From: Bacillota bacterium
GTDB lineage: Bacteria; Macinerneyibacteriota; Macinerneyibacteria; Macinerneyibacteriales; DSCS01
Direction of reading: 5' to 3'
DNA: 64,000 bases
Assembly (NCBI GenBank): GCA_011048995.1
Contig: DSCS01000064.1
Coordinates: forward strand, 7,864 to 71,863
Shown here: positions 26,797 through 37,022 of the stretch, piece by piece
Layout of the letters: each line of letters starts with the position of its first letter
Position numbering within the stretch: the stretch's first letter is position 1
Position numbers and translations under genes: made by a program
The notes under the pieces: generated by a model
Database searches by the model: none
What the model saw: the letters and a program-made list of their open reading frames with translations, nothing else
What the model was told of the DNA's origin: nothing

Positions 26797-27336
26797 TCAT
26801 CCCTTTTTGTAATATGCAGGGATTTTCCTGACGATGAGCGTAACAGCCAAAGCTTTAAGAATATCTCCCGGAAGAAACGGAAGGATACCGAAAAGGAAAA
26901 CCTGTGACAAGGAAACAGGAGCTGCTAAATAAACATTTTTCATAACGTAGAACCAAAGCCCCCCCACCCCATAGACAAGGGCCACCCCGCACAAAAGCGC
27001 CCCCAGTTCCCGGCCGAAACTGGGACTTTTCGGGTAAAGGTATCCGGCCAGCCAGCTTCCTGCCACAAATCCCAACAGATAACCGAATGTGGGAGAAAAA
27101 AGATACCCGGGTCCTCCGCCTCCGGAAAAAACCGGAAGCCCGGCCAATCCCAGCAGAAGATAAAGCAGAGACGGAAGCATTCCCCTCACACCTAAAAGAG
27201 CCGGCCCGAGAAGAACAAAAAAAAGCTGAAGAGTCAGGGGCACTCCTCCCGGCAGGGGGATACGAACAAAAGAACCGGCCATGAGAAGGGCTGTCAAGAC
27301 TCCGGTCAAAGCTAAATCATATGTTTTCTTTTTCAT
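26797..27336 (-). CDS. bioY: Biotin transporter BioY (ECF S-component)
   Basis: 179 aa, ~6 TM. FVRIPLP.GVP.TLQ.FFV.L.G..LG and P.F.GG.GG.....PT.GYL.GF motifs. Confidence 0.85.
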   Translation of the reverse strand: MKKKTYDLALTGVLTALLMAGSFVRIPLPGGVPLTLQLFFVLLGPALLGVRGMLPSLLYLLLGLAGLPVFSGGGGPGYLFSPTFGYLLGFVAGSWLAGYLYPKSPSFGRELGALLCGVALVYGVGGLWFYVMKNVYLAAPVSLSQVFLFGILPFLPGDILKALAVTLIVRKIPAYYKKG

Positions 27337-27929
27337 AAGCGTATCCAGGCTCCGTTTCTTTTGTCGGTCTTGTCCCGGCGGAAACTGAAGAACCCGGGAG
27401 AACAGATGGAACAGCGGGAATCTGTTGTGACAGAGCGGCAGCCGGACTCTTTCAGCGTATTCTCTAAAAATGACGGGATATTCAGATAATATTTCCCGCT
27501 TCTTTCCTCAATAAAGAGCTGCATGGCTTCGGGGATATGCATAAAGACATCTTCTTTGATCTCATAACAGCATGAACGGGCTGAGGGGAAAAAACGGGCA
27601 GAGATCTCTTCGGGGCCGATACCTTCCTCTTGAAAGACGGCTAAGCCTTTTTGGAGGATTCCTTTTGCAGCCCCGCGCCAGCCTGCATGAAGGACCATGG
27701 CGGCCTTTCGGCCCGCCCAAAGGGCCAGAGCCGTGCAGTCAGCCACCCGGATCATCAGCGTTAAACCGGGTGTAAACGTAAAAAGACCGTCACAAGACGG
27801 GTAAAGCCCTTCTTTTTCAACACGGGCGATCTCTGTCCCGTGCACCTGACAGCATAAAGCAGCCGGTTGCAAAAAAAGCGGGACCTCGCCCCCGGAAACA
27901 TCGTCAAGGTGAAAACCGGTTTCAGCCAC
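27333..27929 (-). CDS. pgeF: YfiH/PgeF (DUF152) family purine-nucleoside/peptidoglycan-editing enzyme
   Basis: Q.HG..., ADC.A....., HAGWRGAAKGI, and C.....FFSFRRD. GTG start. Overlaps the bioY start by 4 nt. Confidence 0.8.
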   Translation of the reverse strand: MAETGFHLDDVSGGEVPLFLQPAALCCQVHGTEIARVEKEGLYPSCDGLFTFTPGLTLMIRVADCTALALWAGRKAAMVLHAGWRGAAKGILQKGLAVFQEEGIGPEEISARFFPSARSCCYEIKEDVFMHIPEAMQLFIEERSGKYYLNIPSFLENTLKESGCRSVTTDSRCSICSPGFFSFRRDKTDKRNGAWIRL

Positions 27930-27931
27930 GC

Positions 27932-30900
27932 CTAATCCTCATATTTAGGCCAGCAGCAATGCTTATATTTTTTCCCGGAACCGCAAGGGCAGGGGTCATT
28001 TCGCCCTACTTTTGATTTCTTTGTAATGGTCCGGGCCTTCCCTCTTTCGCCCATGGCGACATTAGTCGTTGTACTGTATTCTAACCGGGCGGCTTCTGCT
28101 TCAGCCGTTTTATCTTTTTTCTCGACAGAAACATGAAACACAGCACGAACGATATAATGCTCAATGGTGCTGTCCAGTTGGGAAAACATCTCAAAAGACT
28201 CCTTTTTGTATTCAAAAAGCGGGTCTTTCTGAGCATAAGCCCTTAAGTTGATCCCCTCCATAAGATTATCAATGGCATAAAGATGCTCTCTCCAATTCCG
28301 GTCGATTGTGTCCAGCATGACAAGACGCTGAATATTACGCATGGTCTCTTCCCCGAACTCTTCTTCGCGAATTGTATAAAGCTTCCCGACACCATCCATG
28401 ATCATATTTTTTAAATCGTCACGGCCGGAGTCTTTTTCAGCATCAAAAGGGAATCCAAGAGCAAAATATTCCAACAAATAATCATTGAGCCCTTCGTAAT
28501 CCCAATCATAGGAGCGAATATCCGCCGGACAATAAAGGTCCAACCCTTCATCGACGATACGTTCCATCATATTAAAGATCTCATCTTTCAGAAGATCCCT
28601 TTTGTTTAATTTCAGACGCCCGCCATCGGTTTTTTCAACAAGCTCATACTTATCCAGAAGCTCCAGAAGAAGACGCTCAAAACCCAAATCCTCAACGACT
28701 CCGCGCAGCTCAGAGCGGTTTACGAAGGATTCCGTTTTTGCTGCTTCAAAAAAAGCAGCGATATAGGCTGTCTCCAAGACAAAGTTTCTGTTTTCATAGA
28801 TCACAGCCCTCTGCTTGTTCATAACATCATCATATTCCAACGTATGCTTTCGGATCTGAAAGTTGCGCTGCTCGACTTTTTTTTGAGCCCCCTGAATCTG
28901 TCTGGAAATCAGGGGATGCTCAATAGCCTGCCCCTCTTCCATATGCAGACGGTCAAGAACTGAAATGATCCGGTCTGAGCCGAAAAGACGCATAAGGTTA
29001 TCTTCCAAAGAGACAAAAAAACGGGAACGCCCGGGATCCCCCTGACGCCCGCTTCGTCCTCTGAGCTGACGGTCGATCCGCCGGCTCTCATGGCGTTCTG
29101 TGCCGATGACATAGAGCCCGCAGGGAACATCAGCCATACACTGCTCTATAGGATACGGAGGCTCTCCTTCGTGATCCTCGCCGACAAGGAAACACTCCCG
29201 GCATTCCTTGACTCCGGCTCCCAATTTAATATCTGTTCCACGTCCGGCCATGTTTGTGGCGATGGTCACAGCTCCCGGCTCACCGGCATTGCTGATGATC
29301 TCAGCTTCCTTCAAGTGATTCTTAGCATTCAGTACATTGGCTTTTATCCCTTTACGTGTCAGCATACGGGCTAACAGTTCTGAATCTTCCACAGATACCG
29401 TGCCCACCAGAATAGGCTGTCCTGCTTTATTTTTTCTTTCGATCTCATCAATAACGGCGTGAAACTTCTCTTTTTTCGTCTTAAAGACAAGGTCATTATA
29501 ATCGATGCGCCGGACGGGTTTATTGGTCGGGATAACGATGACTTCCATGCCGTATATCTCTTTGAGCTCCCCGGCCTCTGTAACCGCCGTTCCTGTCATA
29601 CCCGAAAGTTTGTCATACATGCGGAAAAAATTCTGTAAGGTGATCGTTGCAAAAGTCTGAGTCTCCCCTTCAATAGTGACCCCCTCTTTTGCTTCCAGAG
29701 CCTGATGCAGCCCGTCACTGAAACGCCGCCCGGGCATAAGCCGTCCGGTATATTCATCGACGATCAAAACTTTATTGTCCTGTACGACATATTCTACATC
29801 TTTTTCAAAAAGGGAATAAGCGCGCAAAAGCTGTGAAACGGCATGAAGGATCTCGCTCTTTTCCGAATACTCCCGCTGAATCCTTCTCTTTTCCTTCTCC
29901 CGCTCCTTTTCATCAGCCACTGTCTCATCAATATGGACGAACGCCTCCCCGATATCGGTCAATTCAAAGAGAGCCGGATTATCCGGAGAGAGCAGTCTGC
30001 GGCCGTTTTCGGTGAGATCGGCGACATGCCTTTTTTCATCAATAACATAATAAAGGTCCTCTTCAAGCACATGAAGGCTTTTATCCCTTAAATAGGCCAA
30101 TTCCGTATCTCCGATCAAACGCTGAATCCCTGTATCCTGTTTCATCTTCATCAGCTGTTTATGCTTCGAAAGCCCTTTTTCTGCCGTCAGAAGCAATTTG
30201 CCGGCTTTTCGCTCATCCCGGCTCTCCATCGCCTCCTGGGCTTCCCGGACAAGACGGGAGACCCTATCCTTCTGTTTACTGACAAGAGACCTGATTTTAG
30301 GGTTAAAATCCCTGAAATAAGAATTATTGCTTCTTTGTACCGGGCCTGAAATGATCAGCGGTGTCCTGGCCTCATCAATAAGGATGGAGTCCACCTCATC
30401 GATAATAGCGAATTCCCTGTATTTCTGAACCTGTTCTTCTAAAGACCATACCATATTATCACGAAGATAATCGAACCCGAATTCGCTGTTGGTCCCGTAG
30501 ACAATATCAGCCCCGTAGGCTTCTTTTCTTTGGACAGTATCCATTCCGTTCTGAAGACATCGCACTTTCAGCCCCAATGTCTCGAAGAGAAGCCCCATCC
30601 ACTGGCTGTCACGCAAGGCCAGGTAATCATTGACGGTCACAATATGGACCTGCCCCTTCAGCGCATTGAGAAAAGCCGGCATCGTTGCCACCAGAGTCTT
30701 TCCTTCTCCTGTGGCCATCTCAGCGATCTGGCCGTCGTGGATGACCATGCCTCCGACCAGCTGGACATCAAACGGGACCATATCCCAGACTTTGTCATGT
30801 CCCGTAACCTGAGTCGACACTTCGTGGTCCACAAGATAGCGGCAAACTCGTTTTACCAGGCCGAAGGCCTCTCCCAACAGGTCATCTGTCGTTTTTCCAC

Positions 30901-31069
30901 GGCGTATGCTTTCCCGGAAAGCTTCAGTCTTCTTTATAAAATCCTCAGGGGTCTTCAGCGTATCTAAAAAAACATTGTAATATCCGTTGACAATATCCAC
31001 GCGCTTGCTGTATCGCTTCACAACCTTTTCCTGATAATTCCCGAATACTCTTTTGATGATGTTTGCCAT
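27932..31069 (-). CDS. secA: Preprotein translocase ATPase SecA (long form, 1045 aa)
   Basis: MATGEGKTL (Walker A), DEVDSILIDEARTPLIISG, TNMAGRGTDI, and the C-terminal zinc-binding tail RNDPCPCGSGKKYKHCC. The preprotein cross-linking region is long. Confidence 0.97.
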   Translation of the reverse strand: MANIIKRVFGNYQEKVVKRYSKRVDIVNGYYNVFLDTLKTPEDFIKKTEAFRESIRRGKTTDDLLGEAFGLVKRVCRYLVDHEVSTQVTGHDKVWDMVPFDVQLVGGMVIHDGQIAEMATGEGKTLVATMPAFLNALKGQVHIVTVNDYLALRDSQWMGLLFETLGLKVRCLQNGMDTVQRKEAYGADIVYGTNSEFGFDYLRDNMVWSLEEQVQKYREFAIIDEVDSILIDEARTPLIISGPVQRSNNSYFRDFNPKIRSLVSKQKDRVSRLVREAQEAMESRDERKAGKLLLTAEKGLSKHKQLMKMKQDTGIQRLIGDTELAYLRDKSLHVLEEDLYYVIDEKRHVADLTENGRRLLSPDNPALFELTDIGEAFVHIDETVADEKEREKEKRRIQREYSEKSEILHAVSQLLRAYSLFEKDVEYVVQDNKVLIVDEYTGRLMPGRRFSDGLHQALEAKEGVTIEGETQTFATITLQNFFRMYDKLSGMTGTAVTEAGELKEIYGMEVIVIPTNKPVRRIDYNDLVFKTKKEKFHAVIDEIERKNKAGQPILVGTVSVEDSELLARMLTRKGIKANVLNAKNHLKEAEIISNAGEPGAVTIATNMAGRGTDIKLGAGVKECRECFLVGEDHEGEPPYPIEQCMADVPCGLYVIGTERHESRRIDRQLRGRSGRQGDPGRSRFFVSLEDNLMRLFGSDRIISVLDRLHMEEGQAIEHPLISRQIQGAQKKVEQRNFQIRKHTLEYDDVMNKQRAVIYENRNFVLETAYIAAFFEAAKTESFVNRSELRGVVEDLGFERLLLELLDKYELVEKTDGGRLKLNKRDLLKDEIFNMMERIVDEGLDLYCPADIRSYDWDYEGLNDYLLEYFALGFPFDAEKDSGRDDLKNMIMDGVGKLYTIREEEFGEETMRNIQRLVMLDTIDRNWREHLYAIDNLMEGINLRAYAQKDPLFEYKKESFEMFSQLDSTIEHYIVRAVFHVSVEKKDKTAEAEAARLEYSTTTNVAMGERGKARTITKKSKVGRNDPCPCGSGKKYKHCCWPKYED

Positions 31070-31077
31070 GCGGTCAC

Positions 31078-32031
31078 CTACCTTAATATTTTTAGCGGAT
31101 TAATCGTTTCATTGTTAATGCGTAATTCAAAATGAAGATGCGGCCCCGTAGAACGTCCTGTAGACCCCAAAAATCCGATAATGCTGCCTTTTTCAACATA
31201 ATCGCCGTTTTTCACGCTGCACAGGCTTAAGTGTCCGTACCGGGAAGAGAATCCTCCTCCGTGGTCCAGAATCACGAGATTCCCGTATTCTCCGGCCATC
31301 CCGCTCCAAAGCACACGTCCCCGCTCTGTTGCAAAGATCGGGCTTCCCATGCTGTGGGCCAGGTCAAGACCGTTATGAAAAAAAAACTCCCCGGTCAACG
31401 GATCCCAGCGTGTCCCGTAATAGGATGTGATATGTCCTCCCCTGACAGGCCACAGGGGACGCATTCCACGGTTATAAACATATCTGTTGATCAGAGTCTC
31501 TTCCTCGGCGGAAAGAACCCAGTCCAGAGCGTCCAGTTTACGGCTGATATGAGAATAGACAGCAGAAAAAGCGTTCATATTCTTGTCATGAAAAAGAAGC
31601 CTGACTTGTTCGGCGCCTGCGCCGCCCACACTCTCCTTGTTGAAAAAAGAATCCCCCCGGAGTCGGGCCACATGAGAGACCTTGTGCTCCAGATCATTGT
31701 AGCGTTTTTCAGCCTCCCGCTGCCAATTCAAGAAGACAAAAGTCACCTTCCGCAATTCATCATGAAGAGACTCGGCATTTTTCCGTAAGGCCAAATTCTG
31801 TTTTTGAAGCCAGGAATTTTCTTCAAAGACGGGAGCCGCTTCATGTTTTAATGTCCTGTAATCGGTATACCAGATCCCGCCTAAAAACAAAAGAGCCGAA
31901 AAAAGACAGATGAAGACAATCAGTCCCAGCCTCATCCACTTGTGTTTCACCGAGAAGCGTCGGATCTCTGATGTATCTTCTCCGAGAATGATGATATGAT
32001 AGCGTTTATTGTCCATGGATACGAGACACAC
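31078..32031 (-). CDS. M23 (LytM-domain) peptidoglycan endopeptidase with N-terminal TM and coiled coil
   Basis: HNGLDLA, GYGN-like YGNLVILDHG, STGPHLHFEL. The start may be the ATG at 32016. Confidence 0.85.
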   Translation of the reverse strand: MCLVSMDNKRYHIIILGEDTSEIRRFSVKHKWMRLGLIVFICLFSALLFLGGIWYTDYRTLKHEAAPVFEENSWLQKQNLALRKNAESLHDELRKVTFVFLNWQREAEKRYNDLEHKVSHVARLRGDSFFNKESVGGAGAEQVRLLFHDKNMNAFSAVYSHISRKLDALDWVLSAEEETLINRYVYNRGMRPLWPVRGGHITSYYGTRWDPLTGEFFFHNGLDLAHSMGSPIFATERGRVLWSGMAGEYGNLVILDHGGGFSSRYGHLSLCSVKNGDYVEKGSIIGFLGSTGRSTGPHLHFELRINNETINPLKILR

Positions 32032-32947
32032 CCCTCAAGACTTTGTTTTCTTCCGGAATGAGGTATTTCAAGGGATCATCTAATTTCCCATTATGGATCA
32101 CTTCATAATGAAGATGGGTCCCTGTGCTGCGTCCGCTGTCTCCCATGGTTCCAAGATATTGCCCTTTAGATACGTACTGGCCTTTTCTGACATGGATCGA
32201 ATCCATATGCCCGTAACGGGTCTCATATCCGAAACCATGCTCGATCATTACGACATTTCCGTAAACACCAAACCAGCCCGCATAGACAACGTATCCGTTA
32301 GCTGCGGCTTTGATAGGTGTTGCCGGCATATTGGCGATATCCAGCCCTGTATGGAATTCCCTCTGTCCGTTGAAAGGCGATTTCCTCCAACCGAATTTTG
32401 AAGAAACCCACCCGTCTGCAGGCCAGATCGTAGGGACATGTTCCCATTTCTGAACACTGTTCTCCATCTTCTCAATCACACGGTAGAATCCTGTCTTTAC
32501 CAGATTCATCTTTAACTCGACTTGTGAAAAGACAATGTTGAAATCATGGGTCATGGCGCTTTCATCGGCCTGAGAGACATCCGACATATCCGAAAGCCCG
32601 ATCCCTCCCATGGAAAGGTTCTCTTTGCCCTGAAAAAGCGGGGGAAGAGAATTCAAAATCAGGACATTGTCGCAGATCTCCTGAAGTTCGACCAATTTCG
32701 CGTCAAAATCCCCTAATTTGTTTTCTAATTTCCTATAATGTGTTTTCAGATGCGTATTCTTCTCTTTAAGCAGGGCCACATGGGCTTTTTCGGAAAGATT
32801 TGCAGCAGGTCCCGCCAAATTGAGCAGGGACAGAAGAACAATTAAAAAAACTCCGATTGCAATGAACCAAAAAAGAGTAGACGGCAGGGCCACCTGAATG
32901 ACACGGCGATGAGAAGGAGGGATGATTTTAACTGTAAAATCTTTCAT
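32006..32947 (-). CDS. M23 (LytM-domain) peptidoglycan endopeptidase with N-terminal TM and coiled coil
   Basis: HTGLDIA, YGNVVMIEHG, STGTHLHYEV. ATGA overlap with the upstream SLT gene. Confidence 0.85.
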   Translation of the reverse strand: MKDFTVKIIPPSHRRVIQVALPSTLFWFIAIGVFLIVLLSLLNLAGPAANLSEKAHVALLKEKNTHLKTHYRKLENKLGDFDAKLVELQEICDNVLILNSLPPLFQGKENLSMGGIGLSDMSDVSQADESAMTHDFNIVFSQVELKMNLVKTGFYRVIEKMENSVQKWEHVPTIWPADGWVSSKFGWRKSPFNGQREFHTGLDIANMPATPIKAAANGYVVYAGWFGVYGNVVMIEHGFGYETRYGHMDSIHVRKGQYVSKGQYLGTMGDSGRSTGTHLHYEVIHNGKLDDPLKYLIPEENKVLRGVSRIHGQ

Positions 32948-33609
32948 CTTTTCTCCTTTTTATAGATCTCATTGGTAATGACCAAACCCTCCGAAGATTT
33001 CTCCACACGAAGGGGAGTGCCGGAAACTCCCCGCCCTCCCGATTCCTGAAAAAGACGAATGATCTTTTCCACATAATTGATCGTCTCCGGATAGGGAGGG
33101 ATTCCTCCATAGGTCTCAACAGCCGACGGGCCGGCATTATAAGCTGCCAAAGCAAGGCGCAGATTCCCGTTAAAACGATGATACATCAGTTTGAAATACC
33201 GCACTCCTCCGAAAATATTCTCTTCAATGTCAAAAGGATTGGAAACCCCCAGCATCCTCGCCGTATCCGGCATCAATTGCATGAGGCCCATGGCGCCGAC
33301 ACGCGACACCGCAAAGGGATGAAAGCGAGATTCGACCTGAACAATCGCCTCAACAAGCCGACGGTCCACATCATATTGCTGCGAAGCTTTACGTATCACT
33401 TCCGAAATCACATCACTTTGACCCCCGGTCTCATAATAACGGCTATACTGATACCCGGTGGCGGATATTTTTCCCCTCGGCAATGTTTCCTCTTCAGTTT
33501 CTTTTTTGATAATAGACAATTCCTGTTTCTCCCCCCGATGGATGACGATTTCTCCGTGAAGAGGCAAGACGCTGAGGCAGAAAAGCAAAACAGAAAAAAT
33601 AAATCTCAT
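32944..33609 (-). CDS. Soluble lytic transglycosylase (SLT domain) protein
   Basis: Signal peptide, VESRF.P.AVS..GAMGLMQLMP.TA and AYNAGP motifs. Confidence 0.88.
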   Translation of the reverse strand: MRFIFSVLLFCLSVLPLHGEIVIHRGEKQELSIIKKETEEETLPRGKISATGYQYSRYYETGGQSDVISEVIRKASQQYDVDRRLVEAIVQVESRFHPFAVSRVGAMGLMQLMPDTARMLGVSNPFDIEENIFGGVRYFKLMYHRFNGNLRLALAAYNAGPSAVETYGGIPPYPETINYVEKIIRLFQESGGRGVSGTPLRVEKSSEGLVITNEIYKKEKR

Positions 33610-35408
33610 TCTTCTCCTAATGCTGTGGGTTTTAACTGTCGTGTATCGGTCACAAATGCCCTGACCATCCCTTTTTGATCACCGGCAATAACCGTCCCCT
33701 CCCAAAGGCAGGGCTTCCCCTGGATAGGGCCACTCAGAGAGCCCTTCCAGACCAAGTCCCCTTTTTCTGCTGTCAGGGCATAAAGATTCCCGTCATAGCT
33801 TCCGATGTAGAGAATGCCGTCATGGACAACAGCACCGGAGCGGACAACTCCGTTCGTAGCTTTATTCCATAACACAGCCCCCGTTTTGATATCCAGGACA
33901 TATATATTCATATCCTCAGAACCAAAATAGACCGCATGATTGTCTGCGTAGATCTGTCCGGCGATTTCTTTTCCGGCGGTAAAACTCCAAAGGACCTCTC
34001 CTGTCATCCGGTTCAGGGCATATAGTTTATAATCATCACACCCGACGTAAACAGCCTCCTCCGTAACAAAAAGAGTGGAATAGATCTTGTCTCCCAAAGT
34101 CCTGGACCAAATCCGCTTTCCTGTTTTTTTGTCCAAAGCGTAAACAGTATGATCCAATGACCCGGCATAAAGCATCTCTCCCTTGATAAAGGGAGCTGTC
34201 CATACAGGGTTTTTTGTAGGATGCCGCCACACTTCCCCTCCGTCTTTCTTGCGAACAGCATAAATATAGCCATCTTCAGAACCAAAATAAATGAGCTCCT
34301 CGTCTCCGACAGCCTCAGACACGATACGTCCGCCCGTTTTGAAACGCCACTCTATCGAACCGTCTTCTTTTTTCAGCCGGTACATCAGATTTTTAAACGT
34401 TCCGATATAAAGCGCATCACTGTCAACAAGGGGAGCAGCTGCCATGCTGTAGGCCATTCTCGCTCTCCATGCAAGTTCACTCCCTTGAGCTTTATACGCG
34501 TATAAGTATTTATCTTTGGAAGCGATAAAGAGCATTTCGTCTGTTCCTACGGGAGATGCGTCAACACTTTTTCCGAATGTCTTCTCCCAGGCGATCTTAG
34601 ATTCCAACGGGAGATTCTTTTGCAAATATGTGACGGAAACGGCAGAATCTCCTTTATTCGGAGACACAGGGAGATCACGAACCGGCAAGGCAGACCCCGG
34701 AGCCCGTTGACTTTTGACAGCTCGAAAAATAAAGAGTCCCAAGAGAGCCAGAGCCGCCACTGTTCCTATGACTTTCCAGGGGATGATGATCTGCGGCGCC
34801 GAAAAATCCAATGTCAATGTCAGCACCTCGGACTGTCCCAACTGGTCTTTTTCGTGGGCCCGTTCCGCCAACTCTTTAGCCGCAACCTGAATCGTATATT
34901 CGTTTAGAATATCGGAAAAAGCTTTTTCGGTTACCGCCTCAGAAATATTTTCCGAAACCACAGCGATCTTGTCGCCGGGAGACAGGATGTACTCCCCGAA
35001 TTGCACTGTATTTTCCCAATGACACCGATCATTGCTTTCCCCATTGACATGCCATAACTCATCTTTTCGGGATAAAAAGGCTTTATATCTGTCCGAACAG
35101 GCAAAGTAGAGCCGTTTATGTGAGATGACACCGATAAAAAAATCACCTTCAGGGCTCAACTCTCTTAAGGTCAATTTGAGGGCCATGAGAATGGCCCCTT
35201 TCTCTGCCTTTTCAATATAACGGTCGATGACAGAGACAACCCATTCCTCCTGAATAAGAGGATTAGCAATGACCGAAAAGAGATATCCGAACCGGGACAT
35301 GTCTTTACGGGTATAGACATTATGATAGTGAAAATGCTTTTTTCCGAGGGTTTCTTGCTTTAACGGAGTGGACTCCCCAACGATTACCGGATATTTTGCC
35401 ATAGACAC
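33606..35408 (-). CDS. Bitopic protein: degenerate PP2C-like cytoplasmic domain - TM - periplasmic PQQ-like (BamB-type) beta-propeller
   Basis: aa ~1-195 follow PP2C block order but lack the metal-binding Asp residues. The TM helix is IGTVAALALLGLFIF. The C-terminal ~330 aa contain at least 7 repeats of the type LYA....G...W (PQQ_2-like). Confidence 0.7.
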   Translation of the reverse strand: MSMAKYPVIVGESTPLKQETLGKKHFHYHNVYTRKDMSRFGYLFSVIANPLIQEEWVVSVIDRYIEKAEKGAILMALKLTLRELSPEGDFFIGVISHKRLYFACSDRYKAFLSRKDELWHVNGESNDRCHWENTVQFGEYILSPGDKIAVVSENISEAVTEKAFSDILNEYTIQVAAKELAERAHEKDQLGQSEVLTLTLDFSAPQIIIPWKVIGTVAALALLGLFIFRAVKSQRAPGSALPVRDLPVSPNKGDSAVSVTYLQKNLPLESKIAWEKTFGKSVDASPVGTDEMLFIASKDKYLYAYKAQGSELAWRARMAYSMAAAPLVDSDALYIGTFKNLMYRLKKEDGSIEWRFKTGGRIVSEAVGDEELIYFGSEDGYIYAVRKKDGGEVWRHPTKNPVWTAPFIKGEMLYAGSLDHTVYALDKKTGKRIWSRTLGDKIYSTLFVTEEAVYVGCDDYKLYALNRMTGEVLWSFTAGKEIAGQIYADNHAVYFGSEDMNIYVLDIKTGAVLWNKATNGVVRSGAVVHDGILYIGSYDGNLYALTAEKGDLVWKGSLSGPIQGKPCLWEGTVIAGDQKGMVRAFVTDTRQLKPTALGEE

Positions 35409-35480
35409 TCCCTCCCTTGCGCTATTATAAAGTAAATCCCTGCTATTTCAAGAGTTTTCCCGTCCTTCGCGAGGCTCTTT

Positions 35481-37022
35481 ATGATATCCTTTTCTGTTGC
35501 AAAACAACACATTTTTGGTATAATCCTTTTTATGATTTCTTTTCAGTGGATATTGATTCTTCTTCAAGCTGAAGGCCTGCATGCTTCAGCTACGGGAGGG
35601 ACGGATCTTTTACGCCGTGTCCCTGATTTCTTTTCTTCGGTCCAATACTCTTTGGAAAGCCGTTTTTTGGCCCTTACCAACACGATATGGATCTCCCTTT
35701 TTATCTTTACCCTGACATTGGTCGCTCTTCTCATCCTGATCAGTTGCCGCTATCTTGATACGGTGAAATTCCGGACTCTCAGAAGTTTTTATATGGATTC
35801 CCCCTCACCTCTTATCGTTTTATTGGTCAATATTCTTGCCAGTCTTGCTTTTTTCCTGGGAGGATGGATTTTTGTTTTTTTTCTCAATATTCATAATTTA
35901 TCCAAAAAAGAACTCTATACCCTCTTGGTCTGGGCTCTTCTTATTTTTTTGCCTTTTGGCATCATCCTTTCCTCGCCGGGCTGGTTCGACGGATTGATCG
36001 CACAGACTCCGTCAGCTTTGCTAAGGGCTTATGACCGGTCGGATCTCTCGCATGTCCGCTTATACAGAGATGATCCCTTTATCCGTGAGAATCCCCTGTA
36101 TCTTTGCCTTTTGGCTCAACACAATCAATCTTCAGGAACGGCCTCCGGAAACAAACAAAATGCAGCCCTTCTTCAAAGAGCTTTATCCGGAGGATATACA
36201 TCGACAGCTGTCTATAATAATCTGGGGAACGCCATGCTGATGCTGAATTCATCTGATGCCGCTCTTTCCCATTATGACAGAGCCCTCTCGCGCGCTCCCG
36301 AAGACCCGATCGTCCTCTATAATATCTCGCAATACTATTTGTTTCGGAATGATTATGATACAGCTAAAGTCTTCTATGACAAGGCCTTCACCCTGAAAGG
36401 GCAGCTGGAACTCCCTGTCCTGGACTGGGAAAACATCATCCTGTTAGAAAAGACACTTGACCCCGATTTTGTCTGGCGTTTCTTTTTGGGCGAGACAGCT
36501 CGCCGGGAATTTCCGCAGAAAGCCTTTTCTCAGCCCCAGCTTTTCCTCTTTCCGGGAATTTCCGTTTTTCTTATTCTCCTTATTATTTTCCTCTTCCCGC
36601 TGACATCTAATTGGGCTTCATTTGTAACTTGTGAATCCTGCGGCATACCGATTATCCCCGGGTCTGCGACGTCATCCCATCAAGGCCGGATCTTTTGTTC
36701 CCGCTGCCATCTTATGCTCCCGGTTTACCTCAATCAAAAGCTGGGAAAAGATTCCATGGCGACAAAGATCGATACTTTGAAACATATACTCTTCAACCTG
36801 ATTATTCCCGGGGGCGGTTATATCTTAAAAGGACACACCCTTAAAGGCCTTTTTTGGCTTCTTCTCACAACAACGGTTCTGACTTTCAGTTTTTTTAATA
36901 AATATTTTCTCATTACTGATTATTCGCTTCTGTCTGCTTTTAACAGGACCCTGGATCTTTACCCCGCTGTCTCTTTTGTATCCACGGTGTTACTTCTCTT
37001 TTGTAAAGGACGGAAATCATGA
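35481..37022 (+). CDS. Polytopic membrane protein with central TPR repeats and a CxxC...CxxC zinc-ribbon
   Basis: 513 aa. At least 5 hydrophobic helices. TPR-like YNNLGNAMLMLNSSDAALSHYDRALSRAP / YNISQYYLFRNDYDTAKVFYDKA. CESCG-x18-CSRCH at aa 384-409. The start is uncertain (ATG 35481 or 35532). Confidence 0.6.
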   Translation: MISFSVAKQHIFGIILFMISFQWILILLQAEGLHASATGGTDLLRRVPDFFSSVQYSLESRFLALTNTIWISLFIFTLTLVALLILISCRYLDTVKFRTLRSFYMDSPSPLIVLLVNILASLAFFLGGWIFVFFLNIHNLSKKELYTLLVWALLIFLPFGIILSSPGWFDGLIAQTPSALLRAYDRSDLSHVRLYRDDPFIRENPLYLCLLAQHNQSSGTASGNKQNAALLQRALSGGYTSTAVYNNLGNAMLMLNSSDAALSHYDRALSRAPEDPIVLYNISQYYLFRNDYDTAKVFYDKAFTLKGQLELPVLDWENIILLEKTLDPDFVWRFFLGETARREFPQKAFSQPQLFLFPGISVFLILLIIFLFPLTSNWASFVTCESCGIPIIPGSATSSHQGRIFCSRCHLMLPVYLNQKLGKDSMATKIDTLKHILFNLIIPGGGYILKGHTLKGLFWLLLTTTVLTFSFFNKYFLITDYSLLSAFNRTLDLYPAVSFVSTVLLLFCKGRKS

